From an uncultured virus (IMG/VR IMGVR_UViG_3300035675_000007) (Duplodnaviria; Heunggongvirae; Uroviricota; Caudoviricetes): a stretch of DNA of 64,000 nt. Under the pieces are notes generated by a model. That model was not told the DNA's origin. It did no database searches and saw nothing but the letters and a program-made list of their open reading frames with translations. A program made the position numbers and the translations under genes. Below are positions 1-10,800 of the stretch, one piece after another (the first letter of the stretch is position 1; each line of letters opens with the position of its first letter). The stretch lies in the IMG/VR virus record IMGVR_UViG_3300035675_000007. One strand, written 5' to 3'.

Positions 1-3000
1 TCGTCCCCGAGACGGCGACCGTCAACATCGCCCATTCGTCTGCTGCCCATCCGGTAATTGCCTCAGTGTCCTCCCACTCATCCACCCCGTTGTAGAAACG
101 AAGAGCGAGATATGGACTTAGGACGTTGTACCGGACCTCGAAGCAGAGGATGGAGTCCTCGTCATTCCAGGCCGTCCAGCATGGCCAGAAGAGGGCCTCT
201 CCTGATGTTGGTGCAGGATTCCATTTTAACCGCGTCGTCATGGTGTAGTCGCCAGTGGCTGGGGATGTCGTCGTCTCCCCGACATATCCGCTTGTACCGG
301 TGATACTCAGGACGCCTGATTCACCATCGACTTCTGACGCCCCATTAGTTCGTGGTGTACGAGCAGACCAGACCGAACCGGCACTCCCAGTGCCCCAACC
401 GCTCGCGACCGTTCGATTGAAGTTATCCCAGGCGTATAGCGAGCAGCGGTCGACCCCCTCAACGTCGATATCGTCTATGACTAGTTCCGTATCTCCCCAT
501 TCGACTTCTGGCGATTCGTATTGGATGTAGATCCCATTCCCGGTCCATGCGTTTTCAGTAGCCAATGATTGGGTCAGCATCCAGTCAGTAGGTTCCGATC
601 CACTAGATGGCCATATCTTGGCTCGTGCCTCATCGCCATCGATGCGTTCAATTAGGACTCGGTACTCCGTGTTATACGAGAAATCGAATTTCATCTTTGC
701 ATAATCACTGGCTGGATTGTCGAGCGACAACCAAAGGTTATATACATCGGGGTCGTCGGGGTACAGGTCCTTCGAAACCGCAAAATTAAGCTCGCCCTCT
801 GCCCCTCGGAAGCCACCTAGATCGAAAACAACATTGGGCTGTGGGAACACATCAGCATCGGGGTTAGTTACCTCGGCTGTAAATGTGAACGATGCGGTAA
901 AGCTCGATGGTATCTCTGGCGAGAGATACATCTCAGAATAGCCATATCCTTGCCCAGCTTCGCAAAGAATATGGCCAGCTGACCCATCAACCCAGAAGGT
1001 AGCGTCATCCCAATCAGAGTACGTGTACCAGGGAAGCTGGCAATCGGCTGTTCCCCACCCGAACTCACCCCAGCTAGGTGTCGAGGCTGCGATCGTCCGT
1101 GTGAACGTATCGGTGATGCCGCAGATCTCGTCGGTGCAGCCTCCTCCTCCTCCTCCTTCTCCTCCGCCCCCAGGGATCTCAGGTGGAGTGGTGTCCGGCG
1201 GTTTGGGGTATGGGAGGATGCCAGGGGCGTATGGATCGAAGAAGGACCAGTTCGAGTCCAGCTCGTGACTGAGCGTCAAGTCATAGCGCGGAACGTCGGG
1301 AGAAAGCCAGCGCAGGCGGAGATGCCTGATCGGGATCGTGTCGTCGTAGTCCCAGACGTCAGACACGACATGCACCTTGTGGCCCGCACGCAGCCCGTGC
1401 TCGAACACCGTTGCCGTGAGCGAGACCTTGTCGTACTTGCGTCCCCGCTTCGATGTTGACGTCCCGTTGACGTAGGAGGCAGCGATCTTGTCGATCGAGG
1501 CCTGCTTGTAGATCCCACTCACCACGCCACCGAACTGCCAGCGGTTGTGGGTCGTGATCGACGACTCGCTCTCCAGCCGCTCGTAGACAGGATCTTCGCT
1601 GCCATAGCCGGCCCCGATCAGCAGGATGTCGTTGATCATCTGGGTGCCGTCTTCGGTGATGGTCAGGTTCTGGCAGCCGTGGTAGTCCCCTGTCGGATTG
1701 TCCGAGAGCGCGAACGGGGCATCCTCGACATCGACGTCGCCCCAGACCAGCTTCCGGTCCGGATCGATGTACCAGATGGGCGAGAGCCACGAGGCCATAA
1801 GCCGCATCGAATCCACCCAGGGGGCACCCGGCTTGATGGGAGCGCCCTTCTGATCCTCGTTGATCGTGCCGAGGCTGGAGATCCTGGAGTGCGTGTCGAT
1901 GTCGTCGCCCGACAGGTCGAGGTAGTCGCTGAACAGGTCGGCCAGGGCGGTCGTATCGAGCGTGTACGCCGGGTACATCGGCGTGTCGCCGTTCCTGGGG
2001 TTGCTCAGGTCGTAGACGATCCGCTTCTGGAAGAGGATGTTGATGTCTACGCCCTCGATCTCGAACAGCCGCTCCGCAGTCGAGAACGCAGGGAAGGGGT
2101 AGACGCGCTTCACCCGCATGACGTAGCCGGTCCAGAGGTTGAGGTTCGCCACCTTGACGTAGATCTGGTGACCGGTCGTGAAGCCGTCGGTCCGATCCGA
2201 GTCGATGAGCGTGATCCTGCAATTCCCCGGGTTGCCGTTGACCTGGGAGACGAACTCCGTCCGGGTGAAGATCACCTCGCTGGTCACGTCCACGCCATTG
2301 ATCGTGATCGAGACGGTCGTCGGCACGACCTCGCCCGTATGCGGTGAGACCGGGTAGGTGATGTACTCCTGGTCCCTGATGATGGCACTGGCCGAGAACG
2401 AACCGCTTCGTGATCCCTTGAAAATGGAGCTAGCAGTCAGCGAGCCATACCCGAATCCCCGGATACAGGCGTCTGCTCCAAAAGAGCCGGTATTCGTTAT
2501 GACCAGATAGGCGTCGGCGTTAGTCTCAGCGGTCGATGTTCCGCGGAAGATGGCATCCGCCGTGAACGACCCAGGCGTCGTCTTCCTGATGAGCGCGCTT
2601 GCCGAGATATCGGCCGATACCGTCTGGACGAAGAAAGCGCTAGCACCAAAGCTGTCCGAAACGGAGAGGAGAATGAGGGCATCGGCGGCGAAATCGTCCT
2701 GGCGCGCTGCCGAGAGAATCGCATCGCCCGACAGCGATTCTGAGATCGTCTTCTCGATGACGGCATCCGTCGAGAAGTCGCCAGTGACGATCGTAGCGTT
2801 GGTGATAGATGCGTCGGCTGAGAAGTCGCCAGACGCCTGAGACTTGACGATGGAGCTGGCCGAAAGCGAGCCGCTGGCTGTCGAGTGGATGATGGCGTCT
2901 GCGCCGAAACTCCCTGTATTAGTAACAGCGAAGAAGGCGCTGGAATCGAAGGATTCTATCTGTGTTAGCTTTACGATCGCGTCTGAGTCGAAGCTAGCGG

Positions 3001-3937
3001 ATGTAGATCGGCTGACGATGGCGTCGGCGGAGAAGTCGTCAGTAACCGTGCTCGCAATATAGGCATCGGCGGAGAACTGACTAGACGAAGAGGCTCGAAT
3101 GACGGCGTCGGCGGTCAGGGCTGACCCAGTAAAGGCTACGATCAGGACAGCGCCGTCATCTCCTGATTCAGTTGACCCGACGATGTCGATGCCACCGTAG
3201 GAGCCGCTGGTTTGGGCCACCGTCAGGTACCAACACGACAGCCGATACCTGTTGCCTGAGAACGCATATCCAGTATCGGCACCGGCTGTGAAGCCGCTTA
3301 CCGTGGACGGACCTGGATCGGGCGTGGCTGGCTGCTTGATCTGGATGACATAGATGATTGCCGGTACGCCCTGCGCCGGGGTGATCGTGGGGACTGGCGG
3401 AGTGCTGTCGTTGGTGAACGAGGCGGCGAGATACGACCCCCTCGTCGGAGATACGAGTCCCGCTACCTCCTCGACAAGCCAGCAGGCAGAGGTCAGGCTG
3501 CTGAATGATTGCTCTGTTCCGGCCGACGATGCCTTGTAGGCGATAGCGCCCGAGCGGTTGTTGGTGGCGTTGTTGAAGACGACCGGCTCGTCAGTGAACC
3601 CCGCCGAGAAGTTGATGACCGATCCGTCGGCCACTCCCTTTCCCGCAAACTGGAGGAGGAGATGGCCTGCCCCACAGACACTGGGGAAACTGACCGAGGT
3701 AGCGCCAGCACTGCTGTTCCCTGCCGACCCACCCTGTATGCGCGTAGGCGCAGAAGGGAAGGCAAATGTTCTCTTGATGATCGCATCGGCCGAGAAAGAA
3801 CTACTCCTCGACGCAGATACAATCGAGTCTGCGCTGAAATCATTCTCGACAGTGTCGACTTCCAGCAGGAAGGCGCCAGATCCGTCTTCCAGAAGATAGG
3901 CGTCTGTTCCATTCTCCAAGAGGAGACGACTAGACAT
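1..3937 (-). CDS. Tail tip/baseplate-hub-like protein with N-terminal 14-aa FSADA repeats and C-terminal receptor-binding-like region (partial, >1310 aa, runs off left edge)
   Basis: GAGGAGG RBS then ATG at 3937 (MSSRLLLENGTDAYLLEDGSG...). The frame is in phase at 2398 and at position 2. It is absent from the ORF track, consistent with no stop inside the window. The central region (SITINGVDVTSEV...LWTGYV...WYIDPDRKLVW...INDILLIG) resembles siphovirus hub/Tal proteins. Located downstream of the TMP. Confidence 0.8.
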   Translation of the reverse strand, partial: MSSRLLLENGTDAYLLEDGSGAFLLEVDTVENDFSADSIVSASRSSSFSADAIIKRTFAFPSAPTRIQGGSAGNSSAGATSVSFPSVCGAGHLLLQFAGKGVADGSVINFSAGFTDEPVVFNNATNNRSGAIAYKASSAGTEQSFSSLTSACWLVEEVAGLVSPTRGSYLAASFTNDSTPPVPTITPAQGVPAIIYVIQIKQPATPDPGPSTVSGFTAGADTGYAFSGNRYRLSCWYLTVAQTSGSYGGIDIVGSTESGDDGAVLIVAFTGSALTADAVIRASSSSQFSADAYIASTVTDDFSADAIVSRSTSASFDSDAIVKLTQIESFDSSAFFAVTNTGSFGADAIIHSTASGSLSASSIVKSQASGDFSADASITNATIVTGDFSTDAVIEKTISESLSGDAILSAARQDDFAADALILLSVSDSFGASAFFVQTVSADISASALIRKTTPGSFTADAIFRGTSTAETNADAYLVITNTGSFGADACIRGFGYGSLTASSIFKGSRSGSFSASAIIRDQEYITYPVSPHTGEVVPTTVSITINGVDVTSEVIFTRTEFVSQVNGNPGNCRITLIDSDRTDGFTTGHQIYVKVANLNLWTGYVMRVKRVYPFPAFSTAERLFEIEGVDINILFQKRIVYDLSNPRNGDTPMYPAYTLDTTALADLFSDYLDLSGDDIDTHSRISSLGTINEDQKGAPIKPGAPWVDSMRLMASWLSPIWYIDPDRKLVWGDVDVEDAPFALSDNPTGDYHGCQNLTITEDGTQMINDILLIGAGYGSEDPVYERLESESSITTHNRWQFGGVVSGIYKQASIDKIAASYVNGTSTSKRGRKYDKVSLTATVFEHGLRAGHKVHVVSDVWDYDDTIPIRHLRLRWLSPDVPRYDLTLSHELDSNWSFFDPYAPGILPYPKPPDTTPPEIPGGGGEGGGGGGCTDEICGITDTFTRTIAASTPSWGEFGWGTADCQLPWYTYSDWDDATFWVDGSAGHILCEAGQGYGYSEMYLSPEIPSSFTASFTFTAEVTNPDADVFPQPNVVFDLGGFRGAEGELNFAVSKDLYPDDPDVYNLWLSLDNPASDYAKMKFDFSYNTEYRVLIERIDGDEARAKIWPSSGSEPTDWMLTQSLATENAWTGNGIYIQYESPEVEWGDTELVIDDIDVEGVDRCSLYAWDNFNRTVASGWGTGSAGSVWSARTPRTNGASEVDGESGVLSITGTSGYVGETTTSPATGDYTMTTRLKWNPAPTSGEALFWPCWTAWNDEDSILCFEVRYNVLSPYLALRFYNGVDEWEDTEAITGWAADEWAMLTVAVSGT

Positions 3938-3991
3938 GGCGCCTCCTCGTCTCTGTCAGTAATGACAGCGCATACGGGTTTATGCCACCAA

Positions 3992-4795
3992 CTAGGTGAA
4001 GCGAACCCAGTCAACATATGCTTCGGCTTGGACGCTGTTGTCTTGACCCGAGATCATGATCGCCACGGAACCAACCGTGAAGCCCGGGTTGACGGCCGTG
4101 TTGATCGTCCGAAACACCTTCCCCCCGAGGGAGAACTGCGTCGTGACGCTCGTGCTGGATGCCACGACAAGCCGTAGATAGCAGGGCAGGCCGACACCCC
4201 ATGCGACATCTCCGCCCCAACTGGATCGCGCTGTTCGACTTGACCAGATGCCGTATCCAACATTGGAATCGCCCGGGCCGTAGGTGCTCGTCGAGCCGTA
4301 TTGGTGTCCCATGTACTTTCCCGGAGAAGCCTCTCCGACCATCAGGTGTGTCGAGCGATACGAGGCGCCCGTCAGTTGATCAACGAGTTTCATCGTGACG
4401 GTGAACGGCGTCGAGGGTGCGGACCTGAGTATCCCGTGTAGCTGGAACGTGCCGGTACTCGCGCTGTATAGCCGCACCAGCGAGTTGGCGACAGTAATCG
4501 TCGGGCTGCCGATCGTTGTCCAGTCGCCATCGAGTGACGAACCCTCAAACTCGTCGTCGTAAGCCGAAGGGCTAGTGGGAAGGCAATCGGCGGAACCGGC
4601 TAGACCCGGTATCACAATCTCGGCCGAGAGGGCGCTGCTGGCAGCTGCCGTGATATAGGACGCATCGGTTCCTAGAGCGGTACCAATTTGAGCAAGAGTG
4701 ATCTTTTTGCTTGCGCCGCCCTGGTTGACGGCAAACTCATCAGTCCCGGCGGGGGACGTTACGGCAGTCAAGGCGGAAATCTTGGTGTCAGCCAT
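3992..4795 (-). CDS. Minor tail / fibre-associated protein with beta-sandwich (lectin-like) C-terminal domain
   Basis: 267 aa; N-terminus MADTKISALTAVTS resembles phage fibre proteins; YDDEFEGSSLDGDW...AYVDWVRFT resembles a ConA/GH43-C-like fold; directly follows the TMP. Confidence 0.65.
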   Translation of the reverse strand: MADTKISALTAVTSPAGTDEFAVNQGGASKKITLAQIGTALGTDASYITAAASSALSAEIVIPGLAGSADCLPTSPSAYDDEFEGSSLDGDWTTIGSPTITVANSLVRLYSASTGTFQLHGILRSAPSTPFTVTMKLVDQLTGASYRSTHLMVGEASPGKYMGHQYGSTSTYGPGDSNVGYGIWSSRTARSSWGGDVAWGVGLPCYLRLVVASSTSVTTQFSLGGKVFRTINTAVNPGFTVGSVAIMISGQDNSVQAEAYVDWVRFT

Positions 4796-4804
4796 GTCCC
4801 TCTC

Positions 4805-7800
4805 CTACACCGGCCGGCGGAAGCCGAGCAGGCTCGCCTTGAGGTTCAACTTGCGCTCGATCCGATCGACGAGCAGATCGATATCGCGGTCGTCGCGGAC
4901 GCTGTTGCCTGTCACATTGATGACGACGGTGGTGCCAGTTCCGCCCATTGGCGTCGCCATGACCTCGCGCGGGTTGGAGAGAATGGCGACCGTCTCCGTG
5001 CCCGCCTCGCCAACGGTCATCGTTTGGGCGCCAGTCGTATTGAAGAGGGCGCCGGAAGCTTTCGCCTCTATCCCCCTGTAGTTGGACCGCTGTTCATTCG
5101 TCTGCCCAGTCGGGTTCGTGAGCGCCTGCCAGTAGATCTTGACCATGTTCTGGAAGTTGGACGCGATGGCGACGTACCACTTGTTGACAGAGCCCATGAC
5201 GGTCGCGGAGGCGGTGATGGCGGCACTCACTATGGCGTTCTGGTTCGCCATGTTCTGCTCGATGTAGGAGTTGAGCTGGTTGGCGACACGCTGCCGCTTC
5301 TTGTCCAGAACAGCCAGCTCCTTCTCGTTGAGGGCGATCTGGATGTTGGCTACGTAGCTCTTATCCAGAAGCTCAAGACCCTTCCGCAGATCGGTGATCT
5401 GGCGCTCGACCGTGACGTCGAAGATCTTGATTCCGAGGCGGTATTGCTTGCCGGCGATCTTCGCCTGTTCCTTCTGGATGTCGAGCTGCTTCTGAGCGTA
5501 TGCGGCCTCGATCTTCGCCTGCTCGATCCGGGCGGCGCGCTCCTCCGCGGTCACACCCGGGGCCTGGAACCCTGCGATGGCGACCTGGAAGTTGATCTGG
5601 CGCTGGGACAGCTGGATCGAGATCTGCTGCGCCTGGAGAGAGAGCGCCTGGTTCTGGCGCTCCAGAAGCACCTGCTCCCTGTTCAGGACACCGAGACGGC
5701 CCTTCTCGGCATCAGCCACCCGCCCCGCCAGCGCGAGCGCGTCGTTGTAGTCACGGAGCATGATCCGGCGCTGGTTGTGGTACTGGGCCGCGGTGAGGTT
5801 CGCCGAAATCCTGGCGCTTTCTGCGCTGATCCTTGCCATCTCCTGGCCGATACTCGTGAGGGTATCGAGCAAACCCCGGGCGGCAGGCTGGTCGGCCGGG
5901 CTGATCATGTTCAGCACGGTCTGCTGCTGCTCGGCGATCGTTTTCCCATATGCTTGCTGCTCAGCCGTTTGCAGCGCCTGAACGCGAGCCGCCTGGACCG
6001 TCAGTGCCTTCCCGCCGGTCGGAACCTCCGCGATCAACGGAGCGAGGCCGGCTTCTACCGGCACCGGCGGTTCCATGAGCCGCTGGAGTGCTCCTTGGGC
6101 AGGAAGGGCAACGTTCCGCTGGAAGCGGGCCATCATCTCGTTGCCTTCGAGTTGGGCCGTCAATTGCTGCTTGGTGAGGTTGATGAATTGCTGCTCGTCT
6201 ACGTAGGTCCGTCCAGTAGCAAACTGCTGGACAAGCTCAGCGACAAGCCGAGCCTGTTCGGCTGGTGTCTTCCCGGTGAGGCCTTCGACGCCGACCCCGG
6301 CCCGCATCATCTTGTCCAGCAATGCCGGCGCCTCGCCACCGAGCCTTTCGCCTGCGGCAACCATTGCGGCCCGGACATCCTTGTCGACATCGTCAAGCTT
6401 CGTACCGAACTCCTTGAAGCTCACGGCCGTTTGAGAGGTCGCCGAGTCGAGCATGCCCATGTGGTATGCGCCGCGTCTGGTCGTGGCGTTCAGGTCGTCG
6501 ATGTACTTGGTCCGGACCTTCTCGGATGCGGATAGCTTGTCGGCGACTTCCGTGCTGACCTTGATGCCGGCAATCTGGTCGCGATAGGCGTTGATTTCGT
6601 TCTGGATCGGCCGATTCTGGGCCTCAACCGCTCTGACTGCGCCTTGATACTGCTGTTCTGACGTGTACCCCTCTCTGATCGGAGTGGGGGTGAGCTGCGC
6701 CTCCAGGTTGGCGATGTACTGCTCCATTTCAGGAGCTGGATTCAGGTTGGTGATATCGGCGGTGAATGCAGTGATGTCATCGGATACACGCTGAAGTACG
6801 CCGGGAGTACCGCCCATCTGCTCGGCCAGCAACGCCCCGCCAAGGATTCCGCCCTGCCCCTCGAAGAGGTTCGAGGGGTATCCCATGTACTTTCCGGTGC
6901 CACGCGAGGCGTACGAGGCGGCTCGCCACATGTCAGAGGCAGCCATGTTGGCCCTTGATCCAGCCATGGCCTGGGCGCTTGGCATGACGTTTGCGCCAAT
7001 GAACTTGGCTGCTTCGTCAGAGAGGCCAGCCATGACAGATTGCTGGGCGAGCGCCGCCTGTGTGTTGCCATGCAAGGCGGTGACCTGGTCGCGAAGCGAC
7101 TTGGTGACCTTGTCGTTGGTGGCCTGGAAGTGGAGGCTCTGGTCAGCGGCCCTGCCAGTGGCATCCATTACAAGGGCCATTCCCTTGTCGATGGCCGCGC
7201 TGAACATTGTGAATGCCTTGACACCGACGAACAGACCGCCGACCTGCATGAAGGACGCCATGCGGCCAGATGCCTTGCTGAAGGCGTCGTCTGTCTCCTT
7301 CAGCCGCTCAGTCGCAGTTTTCTCGGCCGCAGCCCGTTCCTCGGTGCTCTTTGTAAGCCTCTCAACTTCCTGATTGGCTACCTTGTATGCGTCGCTACTT
7401 TCCTTGTATTGCGCCTTGATTGCTTCTCTGTTCTGTACCGCCAGATCAAGACGCTTCTCTTCGAGATTGGTTTGTTCCTTGGCGGTGACGAGGGCGTTGT
7501 AGGCCTCGGTCCGCGCCTCCAGAGCGCGCTCCATGCGCGGCTTGACGCCGGTCAGGCGGGCGAAGATCTGGGCGAACGCGACACCAGGAGCGCGTTCCGG
7601 CATCATCTGCCGGGCGTAGGCGAACTTGCCTAGCTGTTCCTGAACCTGCGCTTCGGCCACTGCCCTGGAGGATGGCCCTCCGCGTTCCTGTCGCGGCTCG
7701 GTTTCGAGATCGAGCTTCCTGATCGCTTCTTCGTACTGCTCCTGCGCCGTGGGCTTTGGCTTCGGTTCGCCAGCAGCCTTAGTCTTCTTTTTGGCGTCGG

Positions 7801-10800
7801 CATCCGCTTTCTTCTTCTCGTCGGCTGCCTCTTTCGCCGCCCTTGCCCGAACCTTCTCTTCACCCTTGGCCTGGGTGACTTCCGGTTCCATCTCGGCCTT
7901 CATCCGCCTGACTTCGGCTCGCCACATGCGGTCGATCCCAGAGGTTTCAGCCGCGCCACGGGCAGTCGTTGCAGCCTTGAAATCAGGCGGGAGCATGCTG
8001 ACGCCCGAGCTTGTGATTGGCCCAGACGGCAGCATCGTGATCTTCGGATACTTCGGAGCCGCAGCAGCCACGGCCGGCGCTCCGGAGGTCTTGGCTTTCT
8101 CCTCTTCGGCAGCCTTGGCCTTCTCATCGGCCTCGATCCGCTTGCCAAGCTCGCCGGATACGGCAGCAGCACCGACTTCTTCCTCGGTGGCATAGCCGTA
8201 CTTCTTCATGACGGCTTCGACCGAGGTCTCGATGGGCTCGTTCGTGTGACCGCTAAACCCTGAGCCCTTCATCACTTTGAACAAGGACCCGGGCTGGGTC
8301 GTGTTCGTCAGGAGCTTGTTCAGTTCATCGAAGTTCGTTACGTGAACATTGACGACGCCCTCGCCGCCGCCAGGCATCTTGCCGGTCTTTGGAGGCTTCG
8401 GCTCGCCTGGACCGCCGGTCGCCGCCCCGGCCTTGATCCCCATGTACTGTTCGGCGACCGCCATCTCCTCGGCGTTGGTGACGCGGCGACCCATCTGCGG
8501 GCCACCCTCCCAGAACGCCCAGGTCTGGCCCTTCTTCTTGCGCTCGTAGCGGATCTTCTCGGGCTCCACCTCGCCGCCGAGCGTTGTCGGCATCGCCTTG
8601 CGAACGCGCTCCGCTCGCTGTTCCCTCTCAGTTGCCTGGAGACGATCGAGCGTCGGCTGCAGCTCCTCGTTCTGGGCACGAAGTTCGGCGATATCCGGTT
8701 CGTACTGAGAGCCTGCGTAGAATGCAGCTGGACCCTGTGCCTCACGCGCTCTCAGGTATGTCTCCCGCTCGGCCGCAATCTGCTCGGGCGAGACCTTCGG
8801 CTTGCCAACTAGTGGCGCCAATTCCTTGAGCCTGGCCTTGACATCCCACTTGACCGCGAAACGCCTTCGATAGTTGAAGCCGGTCTTCTTGGCGTTCCTG
8901 GCCCAGTAGACATCGTTCCGGACTTCATTCGCTACCCGATCCCGGATTTCCTTCTCAGTCCAGCGCTCTTCGAGGCGCTCCTTTGCTCGCTCATCGAAAT
9001 ACGACAGCTGATCGGTAAGCCATTTGCGCCGCATGGGAACAGAGGTGGCGTCGAGCTGCTCGGCCCTGGACCGAGCCTCCTCGCCTCTTTGCTCCAGTTC
9101 CCGAATGCGGGTGTTGTTTATCGCGATCGTGCTCTTGATGCGCTCGATCGCTTGCCTGTTGGGATCGCCCTTCGCTTTCCGCTGGCCACGACGGTGGCGG
9201 GCAGCAGCCTTCTCGCCGGCCTCCATGCCGGCGTAGCGACGAAGCGTTTCGATGTCCTCTGCGGGCATCTGCCTCGTCATTTCCTCTTCGACGAAGCCGT
9301 GGTAGGCAGCCCGCTGTTCCTCGGTCGGTTCCGCTATCTCCTGGAACTGCGCCTTGAACGGGGCCTCGATCTCGCCGGCTCGCCTTCGCAGGCCACGGAG
9401 TCGCTCGCGCAGGGCCTCGGAGGCTGTGCCCCTCGCGCCCTCGTAGAGTTCCCTGCGCTTCTGGATGCCAGCTTCGGTGCCGCCAGCGAATGCTTCTCTG
9501 CGAGCCTGTCGCATCGCAGCCGCTTCATCGAAGGGATTGATGACGCCCTCTTCGGTGATCAGCTCGCGCGGGCCTTGAATACGGTATCCAATCCCGAGTT
9601 CCCTGGAAGCTCCAAGCTCAGCCCCGTATTGAGCCTGCTCAATTCCCTTCTCGGCCCTCAACCAGCGTTTGACGTTGGATGTCGCCTTGACCGGCTTGCC
9701 GGCCCGAATGGCGTCGAGGACCGCACTCGCAGATCCCCATTCATCGACAAGGGCGCGGGCAGGTTTGACAACCCGGGACTCATAGCCCCTCGGGGTCATG
9801 CTGCCCGAGATCCTAGCCCGCTTCTCTGCCGCGACCCTTCGTGCTTGCCTCGGGGTGGGGACAGTTCCACGTGCGACGCGCTCGCCAAAACGGCGCTCGT
9901 TTTCCTCGAACGCACGCCGGCTCGAACCTGGCTTTACTCCCCTGCTGGAAGCCCATGACGGACGGAGGGCGTTCGGGCCGGTGTCGCGATCGGAGCCTGG
10001 GCCAGTCTCCCCCCAACGCGAATACCACTCCCCGATCAGCCCCTCATTGGTCAGGAAGTCGGCCTCATTCTGATTGATCGTTATGCCGAGCTGCTGGAGT
10101 GCCTCCGGATAGACGATCCCCTCCATGCCGAATTCGCCGGACATGATCCGGCCCATGGTTTCGCCGATCGACCGCGACCCGGGGACCTGCTCCATCTTTC
10201 GCCGCAGGCGCCCAACGAAGCGGCCCCAGTTCTCCGGGCCGACTCGCTTCTTCAGGGCGAGTCGATCATCGATGAGTTTTTGCCTGGCCCGAGCTTGGGT
10301 AAATCGGACATTCTCGACCTTGCCTTGACCTGGCTGCCTGGTTCCCCTGGCCGGTCCGGCAATGTCCGCCATCATGCGGTTGACGTATTCCTCATCCCAT
10401 ACAGCCGGCTTAGCTTCCTGGGTGAGTCTGGTCCTGCCCTGGAGATCGGTAGACCAGCGGTAGCCCGTATCCATGCTGAGCTGGCCGAGCCGTCTTTCGA
10501 GCTTCGCTGCTCCCTGGCCGAACTTGAGACGTTCCTCAAGGGTGGCGTTCGGACCGAAATACTCAGCTGCCGTGAAGGCCTCTTCCTCTCCCGTCTCGGG
10601 ATTGATGCGAGTCCACGGGGCAATATTTGGATTAGCCTCTGCGGCTCCCCTCCATGGTTCGAGAAGCTTGGCCTCGTACTCGCGCTGGGCCGCAGCCAAC
10701 GATTCTGGGTCCCTACGCGTACGCCGCCTTACCTCGAAATAGGGGCTACGCCCACCGCGCCCAGGCATGACCCGGTAGTTGTACATCGAGCGACGGGCCT

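Noticed and set aside
4688..6535. 615-aa plus-strand ORF and similar long antisense ORFs (e.g. 30232-31614, 16345-17541, 52765-54129)
   Set aside because: Shadow frames of high-GC3 genes on the opposite strand; no recognisable motifs.
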